From Carpediemonas membranifera BICM (lineage: Eukaryota; Protista; Fornicata), in contig JAHDYR010000012.1 of the NCBI GenBank assembly GCA_019828565.1, positions 1,178,001-1,242,000 on the forward strand: DNA of 64,000 nucleotides. Direction: 5' to 3'. This document shows positions 49,231-57,870 of the stretch, piece by piece. The notes beneath the pieces were generated by a model. That model did no database searches. It was not told the origin of the DNA and saw only the letters and a program-made list of their open reading frames with translations. Position 1 is the first letter of the stretch. Each line of letters starts with the position of its first letter. The translations under genes were made by a program, and so were the position numbers.

Positions 49231-49395
49231 CGGATCGTTCTTGACATAAGCTGCGCCATCATGAAACGGACCCGAGTCAAGACTGGTGGCTGCCTGGCTG
49301 CTATCAGTGTGCTACGGCAGTCTCGAGTCTGTCTCCGCCGAGTCTGATGGGGCCGCAGTCAGTCCAGTCCTGCGACGATATTGAGAGCACAGCCG

Positions 49396-50706
49396 ATGGC
49401 GGATGAGGAGTATGCGCCACGAGTGATTGGCGATGAAGAAAGTGGCGATGTTGGTGATTATATGGAGAATCCCGCCACTGCACGCCTCGCACGCCAGCTG
49501 GACAAAGACCTCGGGCTCAATCTCGGCTTTGTCCCCGAGGAGGAGTCCGATGACGACGATGATATGTTCATTAGCGCCGAATCCGAGCAGAGTGATGACG
49601 ACGATGACGTTGCCGATGCAGACTACGTAGAGGAAACTGCTCCTGAGCCTGCGGACGACAACGAGCCCGAGGACGAGGGGCTGGAGCCCGAGGAGCTAGA
49701 GGAGGTCGAGGAGATCGAGGAAGCCGCGCAGGAGCAGTCGGATGCCTCCGCCGACGCTGCCGATGTCTCTGATGAGCCCCGCCCCCGGACCCGCAAGGCC
49801 CGCGCCCCCCGCACGGGTAGGAAGAGGAGGGCCCGGGCTCCGAGACTCGAGGCACCCACTGAGCATGTGCGGCCTGTGCTGAGCAACGTGGTGTCGTATC
49901 ACGATTTCGGGGCGCCGATCGACCTCAAGGCGCTGCACATGACCCTCAAGTGCGCGGAGTACCACCCATCTAGGTTCGCAGCGGCAATTATCCGCATCCC
50001 GAACACCAAGCAGACGGCCGCACTGTTCAGCAACGGCAAGGCGACCATCACAGGATCCACCTGCGTCGCCGAGGCCCAGCTGGCCGTGCGGCGTCTCTTC
50101 ATCCTACTGAACCAGATTGCGAAAGTCCCGGACGTCAAGCTGCAGCGAACGTCGTTCCGCGTGTCCAACATAGTGTCCCGTGCTAGTGTGCCGTACGGCA
50201 TCCACCTTGAGACCCTGGTGCAGGAGCTCGCGGCAGTGCTTAGACCCCCGGACAATGCGGAACCGAGGGAGAAGACCGAGGCCGAGGCGCTGCGGGAGAA
50301 CTTCATTCGGGCCGGGGTCGAGTCGGCCTTGTATGAGCCCGAGCTGTTCCCCGCGGTCACGATCCGGCTCAAGGACCCCGGGATGTCAGTGGGCGTATTT
50401 GTGTCTGGGTCTATCTCCATCACCGGCGCCAAGGGCGTCGACGCCATGGAGACCGGTTTTGACTACCTCGTGAAGCTGGTCGAGCCCCATATGATCCCTT
50501 TCGACAAGCCCAAGCCGACAGAGAGCACCGCCGGTGATGCCGTGGAGAATTCAGGCGAGGCTGAGTCAGAGACGCCTGCTGAGCAAGCGGAGCAGACCCC
50601 CGTGGAGCACCCGGCCGATGACCCGGCTGATCAGGGCGGGGCGTCGATGGCGCTGGACGACGGCGTGGAGTCGAGCGAGGAGGAGGAGTGGGCGACCTTT
50701 GGATAA
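49396..50706 (+). CDS. TBP: TATA-binding protein family with acidic N- and C-terminal extensions
   Basis: LSNVVS...AEYHPSRFAAAIIRI...LFSNGK.TITG; NIVS...YEPELFPA...VFVSG.ISITGAK. Confidence 0.88.
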   Translation: MADEEYAPRVIGDEESGDVGDYMENPATARLARQLDKDLGLNLGFVPEEESDDDDDMFISAESEQSDDDDDVADADYVEETAPEPADDNEPEDEGLEPEELEEVEEIEEAAQEQSDASADAADVSDEPRPRTRKARAPRTGRKRRARAPRLEAPTEHVRPVLSNVVSYHDFGAPIDLKALHMTLKCAEYHPSRFAAAIIRIPNTKQTAALFSNGKATITGSTCVAEAQLAVRRLFILLNQIAKVPDVKLQRTSFRVSNIVSRASVPYGIHLETLVQELAAVLRPPDNAEPREKTEAEALRENFIRAGVESALYEPELFPAVTIRLKDPGMSVGVFVSGSISITGAKGVDAMETGFDYLVKLVEPHMIPFDKPKPTESTAGDAVENSGEAESETPAEQAEQTPVEHPADDPADQGGASMALDDGVESSEEEEWATFG

Positions 50707-50757
50707 GGGGGGCCTCTTTAAATTCGCGGTTTATGCCAGACTGAAGAGGGCGCTGAG

Positions 50758-52344
50758 ATGCTCGAGGAGGAGCTCGAGAAGTATATCGGCCCACTATCAG
50801 CAGCTGTTGTATCAAATAAGCCAGAATCTGAGGAGCTAGCAGACGCTATGGCAGTAGATCTCTGCAGGCTTCTCATGCATCAAAATACCGCCCCAACAAC
50901 GCCGCCTCACGCCATTGAGAACGATGTGCATGAATCATGCGATATAGAGGGCCCTAATTCAGAGGAGCCAGGTGACTACTTGCCCTACCAGGACGACGAC
51001 CTGCTCCTGCTGCTGTCCTGCCTCGAGACGCCCACCACACCGCTATGGCAGGCGATCATCCTGTGGTGTATTGCTCTCAGACTGCCGGGCATGGCGGATG
51101 ACGCGCCAGTAGAGCCCCCGGTGGCCAACTCCCAGCATCTCTTCCCCATATGGATCGCCGCCTGGCGCAGCAGCGACCTCAGAGTTGTCACAGTCGCCTC
51201 TGCAACAGCCCCGATGCTGTTCCCGTATCTTGGCCATGTGGTAGCCCCCGATAAGCTGCTGGAGATGGTGGCCGAGCTCTACGCCGACCTCGCCGCCCCC
51301 GAGGCCACGCTCCTTGCCCGCCTGCCCGCCATAGCCGCCGTGCCGACGCTGCTGCACTCCACCCCGGTCCCTGTTGGCCTGACCGTGTCCTGCTGGCGGG
51401 CGGTGCTGTGCGCCATGCTGAGGCTGCCCCGCGACGACCTCAGACAGTCCCTCCGCACCGTCCTGGCCACAGTGGCGGCTTGGCCCATCACCCTGCTGCC
51501 CGACATGACCCCCAGCCCGCTGAGCATGATGCTGATCCTGCTGCTGGGCTCCGTGGCCAGGCACCTGACCCACTCAACCCGAGTCACTGACAAGATCAAA
51601 GTGTGGCTCATCGACCCGCAGACACCAGTGGCCATGGGATACACGCCGGACCTCAACCAGTCCGTCCTGGCGCCGCTGCTGGTCTCCCTCGTAGTCTCCG
51701 GCGCCGTTGTCCATGACGACATGGCCTCCCTCGTCCTGTACTACGCAGGCCTGTTCGAAGACCGGCCTAAGTACCGCGCCCAGCTCAACCAGGCCATGGT
51801 GCGCCATGCCCGCGTCGCCATTGCCCGGGACCCCGAGGCCGCGGCCCGACTGGCCCCCGTGGTCTCCGCGCTGCCCCTGGAGTGGGGCGACGTGCTCGAC
51901 CTCGCCTTCTTCGCATTCCACGGCTGTCCGGCCGTACGTGACGCCATGCTCCGCCCCATCGCTGCACAGTCAGCTCGACTTGGCGCGAGTCAAGTCAAAT
52001 CGCTGGTCAAGTCCAGTGTCAGGTCGAAACCACCTAGATTCAAACCAGATTTCCCTGAGATCACGACGCGATTGACACTGTCGGCGTGGCGACGCCATGT
52101 GACCGCCTTTCTCCACTGCGCCAACGACAGCGTCGCCTGCAACGGCATGCTACCCGATACCCCCAGCCCAGCCCAGCCATTCCTGCCTGTCATGTGCGTC
52201 CTGGCTGGCGGATTCTCGCCGTTCATCGCGGATCTGCTCCGCGCCAGGATCGCAGAGGCGGTGACACTGTGTCGGGGCGATCTGGTCCATGGTCTTGACC
52301 ATTGGGTGCGGGTGTGGCTGCCCGGGCTGGACTGGGACGACTGA
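50758..52344 (+). CDS. Hypothetical helical protein
   Basis: 528-aa ORF with GC3-rich codons; aataaac/gtaaat downstream. Confidence 0.7.
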   Translation: MLEEELEKYIGPLSAAVVSNKPESEELADAMAVDLCRLLMHQNTAPTTPPHAIENDVHESCDIEGPNSEEPGDYLPYQDDDLLLLLSCLETPTTPLWQAIILWCIALRLPGMADDAPVEPPVANSQHLFPIWIAAWRSSDLRVVTVASATAPMLFPYLGHVVAPDKLLEMVAELYADLAAPEATLLARLPAIAAVPTLLHSTPVPVGLTVSCWRAVLCAMLRLPRDDLRQSLRTVLATVAAWPITLLPDMTPSPLSMMLILLLGSVARHLTHSTRVTDKIKVWLIDPQTPVAMGYTPDLNQSVLAPLLVSLVVSGAVVHDDMASLVLYYAGLFEDRPKYRAQLNQAMVRHARVAIARDPEAAARLAPVVSALPLEWGDVLDLAFFAFHGCPAVRDAMLRPIAAQSARLGASQVKSLVKSSVRSKPPRFKPDFPEITTRLTLSAWRRHVTAFLHCANDSVACNGMLPDTPSPAQPFLPVMCVLAGGFSPFIADLLRARIAEAVTLCRGDLVHGLDHWVRVWLPGLDWDD

Positions 52345-52790
52345 CCGTGTTGTTATCATAGTTACTGGCCAATAAACTGTTAGATCGTAAATGCGATTCT
52401 CTTTCTTGAGCAGACGCCTCGGCACGGGGGTCCTGGCATCGTGGCTGAACAGAAGAGGGTCCATGTAGTACAGCGCGTGGACGGCCGAGTCGAATGAGCC
52501 CCTGTTGTCGCGGTAGCATTGTCCAGGCTGAAGCGGGAGTGGAGGTCGAACTGCGCGGCATCCAAAGGGTGCGGGAGGCTGGCAACGAGGGCATCCTTGA
52601 GGATCTTACCCAGCTGGCCGACCCACCTGCACTCGAGGTCGCCTTTGTCGCAGAGCCTCATCACACGCTTCACTGCGATGTCATGGTCGGCGTCGAGCCC
52701 GCTGACGTACCGGAGCACGAATTCAACCTCCCCACCCACGTATCGCCGGTCGTTTGCATAATTTATGTTGGGGGGCCGTCGATATTTACA

Positions 52791-53723
52791 CTAGCGCCAG
52801 CCCGAGGCGTGGCCGGCGAGCTCACAAGGTTTCATGTCCAACGAGTGCAGAGCTGAGAGCAAATTCTCCTGCCGCCGCTGCGTCTTCTTATAGTTGCTGG
52901 ACCCAGGTTTCTGGCGCTTGAGCGTGGCTTCGAACCGCTGGAGCTGTTGGTTCAGATAGCGGTACTTGGCGGTGACGTCCCTACATGACTCTACGAGGTC
53001 CTGCTTGTACTGTACCCGCACGGCGTCCTGCACTCGTCGCTCGTGCCGTTCGCTCTTGAACCTGAAGCCGGGCTTGACGTAGTAAGGGACGGTCTGCACA
53101 GACCCGGGGAGCTGCACCGCAACATACCGCACCTCACTCATACCAACGGTGGGCTTGAGGCTGAAGGACTGGCTCTCGTCCGGGTGGGCCAGCAGCATGC
53201 TGAGGAAAAGGACTAAAACTATCGACCCCATAAGTAAAATAGGCCGCCAGCTGAACCCAGCGTCCATCACGGCAGACCCGCGGGCTGCTCGAGGCCGCCC
53301 GCCGGCAGGGGCACGGCGAGCATAGTTGTAGGTGGGGGTGGATGTGAACTGGGCCCCTGGGCCGAAAAACATGTCGAAAGGAGACATCCCGGGGCCAAAA
53401 CTGAAGGATGCAGGACCTCCCTGCGTGTATGAGCGGAATACGAAGTTGGAAAAGTCCATATTCGTGGGCTGCCCCTGATTCATCGGCACCTGCCGACGCG
53501 TCGTCCCGTAGCGGTCGTACATGACCTTCTTCTCGCTATCAGAGAGTACCTGGTAGGCTTCAGACATCTCCTTGAACTTAGCTAAGGCCACAGGGTCGTT
53601 GCCAGCCTTATCAGGGTGGTACTTGGCTGCGAGCTTCCTGTACGCCTTCTTGATCTCTGTGTCCGTGGCGTCCTTTCCTATGCCCAGGATTTCGTAGTAG
53701 GAGCGATCTTCGTGTAGCGGCAT
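52791..53723 (-). CDS. DnaJ protein, DNAJB12/14/C18-like (J domain, TM, DUF1977-like)
   Basis: YYEILG...YHPDK J domain, TM helix, PYYVKPGF...ESC...PCEL. Confidence 0.88.
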   Translation of the reverse strand: MPLHEDRSYYEILGIGKDATDTEIKKAYRKLAAKYHPDKAGNDPVALAKFKEMSEAYQVLSDSEKKVMYDRYGTTRRQVPMNQGQPTNMDFSNFVFRSYTQGGPASFSFGPGMSPFDMFFGPGAQFTSTPTYNYARRAPAGGRPRAARGSAVMDAGFSWRPILLMGSIVLVLFLSMLLAHPDESQSFSLKPTVGMSEVRYVAVQLPGSVQTVPYYVKPGFRFKSERHERRVQDAVRVQYKQDLVESCRDVTAKYRYLNQQLQRFEATLKRQKPGSSNYKKTQRRQENLLSALHSLDMKPCELAGHASGWR

Positions 53724-53852
53724 GAAGAGAACTCCAAGTCGCGGCGCAGCCAACCAGTTGCTCATGTGCACTTTATGTCGAATATCGTGTAGCGCGGAAG
53801 CTAGAGCTAATCCTGCGCAGCACACTACCTCCACTCACCCACTTCAGCCCTC

Positions 53853-54039
53853 GTCTGTGCCATCGGTCTGTCGTGCTTTCAGTCGTCATTCTGCACGAAA
53901 AGATGCGTCGTCTGTCGTCCATCGTCTGTGTCGAATGCTGCTGTCTTCTTTCGCGTCTGTGCTCGTCTGTTACGCGCTCATCTGCCGTCCATTGCCGGTG
54001 TCTGAAGCTCATGTCGTCGTCTTCGTCATCTTAGTCTGT
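53853..54039 (+). repeat. Cluster of same-strand GTCTG(T) direct repeats upstream of the Fanzor-like gene
   Basis: GTCTG at 53853, 53866, 53910, 53924, 53955, 53965, 54000 and 54034. Confidence 0.6.
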
Positions 54040-54188
54040 TGTGAGAGACACTAGTGGTGGAAAGCGGTTGTAGCTAGTAGTAAAGACGCTTTGTGCTGTA
54101 TGATGCTGGTTTCTTGTGTTTTGAGGGATGCTGCTAGCTGATGAACCCTGAAAAGAAATGATCGATGCAGGCAGCTCAATAGACTCCG

Positions 54189-55795
54189 ATGCCTTCCAAG
54201 ATATTCACCGTGAAGGCTTCCGTTAACAAGGCTATTGGCGAGATTAACGGTGGAGGCGATAACAACGCGCCGCGGCGAGGAAATCTTGAACCCGGCATGC
54301 GTTCTTTCACGCAGGCTAAGTACACATTCACTTGCCTGCTTGCGTGCGTCTCTGCATCTGCGCACGCGTTGACCCCACCGAGGACGGTCAACCTGTTCGA
54401 CGAGGAGGTCCTCAAGCAGATCGTCATTGCTCAGCAAAAGGTGTCGAAGGCAAAGGCAGCGGATCGGTGCAGGTGGATTGGCGACCTGGCGATGTGGAGG
54501 GACCCTGACATAACCCCACTCGTCCGGGACTTCAGGGAAGCCTACGTTGGAATTGCAGCGCCATTTCAGAGCTGGTTGGGCGAGTACTCCACAGCCACCC
54601 GGGTCTGGCTCTCGCGCGCGTCACCCGGGTACCTGACCCGTCTTCGTGCTGGATTAGAACGGGTGCGTCCGCTCCTCCATGATCGGCCGGGTGTTCGACA
54701 GGATTTTCTCGACACCCAAGGCGAGCTCGACACTGAGGTTGCCGCCATAGCCGCCGATCATGGCATGCATCATCGTCAAATGCATGCATCGCCCGAGGGG
54801 CAACGGGTGGGTCGCACTGGTACCGTGGCCGAGGCCCTCGTCGGCGTGCTGTCGTGCGTCACGCGCATGAGTGCTGCAGTGACCAAGCTGGTCACACTCA
54901 CTCGTGCCGTGAACCTCGAGCTCAGTCAGGCCCTGCCAGAGCCGAAGCTCGTTCCGTTCGTGCCGATGGCACCGGTCAGGCCTGGGTTCATGGCCATCGA
55001 GCGCGGAGTAACAGCGCTCACCCCAGCGATGAAGCGGCGCCTGCGTGTGCACGTGAATTGGTCAGCAACCAAGAATTTGACCGACGAGCAGGTTGATAGA
55101 CTCGAGCGTGATCACGGCGACATCACCAAGCTCCGCAGAGTGCTCTCAGTGAGGACTGACGGGATCTCTGTTGCTGTGACGGTTTGGGTGGGTCGCGAGA
55201 AATACCGTGGCGGTCGGGTGGCTGACCGGCCCAGATCATCAACGAGGGGACGAGAAAGTGTTTCCGCCGTGCGACTTTTGCCAATCACTGTCTGCGCCTG
55301 AAGCACTTCGCCCGGGCTGGACGTCAACTCCTGGATGATCTCGGCGGGCGCCCCCCGGAGCCCATTCACCTCGAAGTCGCGTACGGGGCTGCACTGTTCG
55401 GTTCCGCCGGCACTCCCTCCTGTGCTCCGTACCGCCACTTTGCTCGAGCTCTCCCTGGCATCATGCTCCGGCACAACGTCGTCGTGAGTGTCACGATGGT
55501 CTCGGAATTCCGCACTTCCATCGTGTGCCCATACTGCAAAGCACACTTCCGACGTGTGGTGCACACACACCGCACCATGCTCTGCCAGAATCCCGCGTGC
55601 GAGGGAGCTCCATGGCGCGTTGAACGGCTACGTCGGCATCCCGAGCAGAGAGACATACTTCTCAATCTCTCTCACCGAGATAAGAGCGCCAGCGAGAACA
55701 TCCTTTGGTGCACCTACGATGCAACTTCAGATCAGATAGAGCAATCTCCTTTCCACTACGACTCCCAGAGAGGTGCTCTTCCTCGCTATCATTAA
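54189..55795 (+). mobile_element. Fanzor1/TnpB-family RNA-guided endonuclease gene, split into two frames and apparently lacking RuvC-I
   Basis: First frame: IFTVKASVNKAI ... SVRTDGISVAV. Second frame (open 55226-55795): FRRATFANH..., VAYGAALF...AP, VSEFRTS, CPYC, CQNPAC, HRDKSASENIL. Confidence 0.8.
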
Positions 55796-56115
55796 CTTGC
55801 CAAGTTGAGCAAGCACGCGCTGCAGCGTGCGTGATATGCTGCGCACGATTGATAGAGTATGATGAACCACACTGCGATCCTGATGCTGCTTGGATCACTG
55901 TGTGTTTTGGACTCAAGTATTCTAATCCTGCGCAGCATATCGATGTGCTATTAAGCGCACGCCAGACACACCCTAAGGGACAGTTATCGAATGTACCAGG
56001 ACCGCTGACACCATCTCACTGGAATCCTTGGTGATCAGTGTCAAGATGCTGTTCGACTGGATCATTCCCTTCTAGTCGGGCCTGACAATGCAGGAGGCGC
56101 TACCTGAGCCTGCAG
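55793..56115 (+). ncRNA. Candidate omegaRNA (fRNA) scaffold downstream of the Fanzor-like ORF
   Basis: Perfect 13-bp stem (55833-55845 with 55929-55941) enclosing nested stems, plus several more hairpins, starting right at the stop codon. Confidence 0.55.
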
Positions 56116-56333
56116 TGGTTGGTTCTTTGAGTGTATACAGTGTCTGATCAATCTGCCGAGGCTCTGCTGACTGATGACCGTGTGCGGGTCAGCTCCCGAA
56201 ATAAATGGGCCTCTTAGACCCTCAATAAACGTGGAAGAAACATCATACCGGGCTCGCAGTGTGTCTCTTGTCTTGTCCATTCGGCCCTGACCAAGGCCAA
56301 CCTGACATCATCACCAAGCCTGCTTTACCAATG

Positions 56334-57704
56334 CTACCCGCGCCCCGCCCCGTCGCCGTCCTCGCTGTCCGTGGCCAGGTCGAGCTCGAGAAGGGCCCCA
56401 TCTCCTGTGTCGGGCCGGACGAGCCTCAGGCGGTACTCGCCCGCAGGCCCGGGCTCAGCGGGTTGGGCCGCCTGCCGGGGGATGGTGGCTCTCAGCCTCG
56501 CGCCCAGCACGAGCAGGGCCTCTTGTAGGCTGTCGCTGCGAAACGCCAGCGCGGTGTTCTCCTTGAAGAGCGCCGTCCACGGCACGAGCGGCCTCTCATC
56601 CGGCTTGGCCGGGGGCGTCTTAGCGAGCTGGACGTCGAGGGGCGCGCTGTCCGGCACGAAGACGCAGGAAAGCGCAATGTCATCGTCGTGGAAGCGCTTC
56701 CCGGCCCCGCTCCCCGGCCTCTTCCGCTTGGCCGCCTCGCCTCGGACCCGTTCGCGCTTCTCGTCCAGCCCGGCCTGGATCCCCTGGGCCGCCTGCCACA
56801 GCAACCGGTTCTCCTGCGCCAGCGTCCGAACGAACTCCCTGTGGAAGACCTGTCGCTCGCCCGCGGTCATCGCCACGTCATTCTCGGGCCGCATCCTCTC
56901 GCCGATACCGCGCTCGTCCGGGTCGACCGGGGCCAGCGGCTCCCCGCGGAGGACGGCGTCGAACGCCTCCACCTGGCCCTGCAGCCGCTGGTTCCTGATG
57001 TGCCGCGTGTAGTTAGTCTCCCGCAGCTCGGCCGTCTCGCCCGTGACCGGCACGACCCGGAAGGCCGGCGCTGCGTTGACGGGTGCGTCGGCCCGCTGGG
57101 GCGCGGGCTCCAAGACCTCGTTGACCGGGGCGCCCAGGGCCTGCCTGACGCGGGCCTCGGCGCGTGCGATGCACCCCTCGAGACGGCGGGTCTCAACTTG
57201 GACGACGCTGATCTCCGCGGCGAGGATCCGCTGCTTCGCATTCTTCCTGGCGTTCTGCATCCTGGTCATCTGCGACCTCGAGTGCGCCTCTACGGGCACC
57301 ACGGGGATGGCTGCGAACTCCAGTCGCGTCGGCAGGGTCCTTTCGAAGGCCGTGGGCGCCACGGGGTCTTGCAGCAGACCGAACTCGGCGAGGAGCGCCT
57401 GGACCTCCAGGAAGCCCTGCAGCCGGCCCTGCAGCCGCGCGCACTCCTTCACGGCGGTGAGCTTCCTCGCGATGAGGATCTTGACGCCGGGGAAGCCTCC
57501 TGGGGGCGGTCGCGCGTGGTCTGTATCGTCTTGCTCGGTGCTGTTGCCCTCGCTCGAGCTTGCGCTCTCTTCGCGCTCCGTCCTGTCGCTGTCTGCGGAA
57601 TCCGCCGCGCTGCTGTTCTCCGAGTCCTCGCGCTGTGCGGCGTCGGATACGATTGCTTCGTTGCCGTTGTTCACGGCGCTCAAAACGCGAAACATGGGGT
57701 GCAT
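56334..57704 (-). CDS. Hypothetical protein with two weak internal repeats (RLQG..xF)
   Basis: 456-aa ORF; ggtaaag after the stop; convergent with the Fanzor-like gene. Confidence 0.7.
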   Translation of the reverse strand: MHPMFRVLSAVNNGNEAIVSDAAQREDSENSSAADSADSDRTEREESASSSEGNSTEQDDTDHARPPPGGFPGVKILIARKLTAVKECARLQGRLQGFLEVQALLAEFGLLQDPVAPTAFERTLPTRLEFAAIPVVPVEAHSRSQMTRMQNARKNAKQRILAAEISVVQVETRRLEGCIARAEARVRQALGAPVNEVLEPAPQRADAPVNAAPAFRVVPVTGETAELRETNYTRHIRNQRLQGQVEAFDAVLRGEPLAPVDPDERGIGERMRPENDVAMTAGERQVFHREFVRTLAQENRLLWQAAQGIQAGLDEKRERVRGEAAKRKRPGSGAGKRFHDDDIALSCVFVPDSAPLDVQLAKTPPAKPDERPLVPWTALFKENTALAFRSDSLQEALLVLGARLRATIPRQAAQPAEPGPAGEYRLRLVRPDTGDGALLELDLATDSEDGDGAGRG

Positions 57705-57870
57705 TCAACCGGTCAAGACCGTGCACTGGTTCTGAATCTCGGGCGTCACGTTATAGGCGCGGATTAGTCGTCACATTCTTCGCGATGCTCTGCAAGAATT
57801 TAAGGTCCCTCCCCCACCGTAAATCCTGCCCCAACCCCGCCACCTGTGACAACCAGTTTACCAACACAAT

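Noticed and set aside
52360-52760. Minus-strand ORF 52380-52739
   Set aside because: No in-frame ATG and an apparent frame change; at best a decayed fragment with no recognisable family.
54030-54056. Helitron 3' end (CTAG|T) upstream of the Fanzor-like gene
   Set aside because: There is no convincing GC-rich subterminal hairpin and no Rep/helicase in the window.
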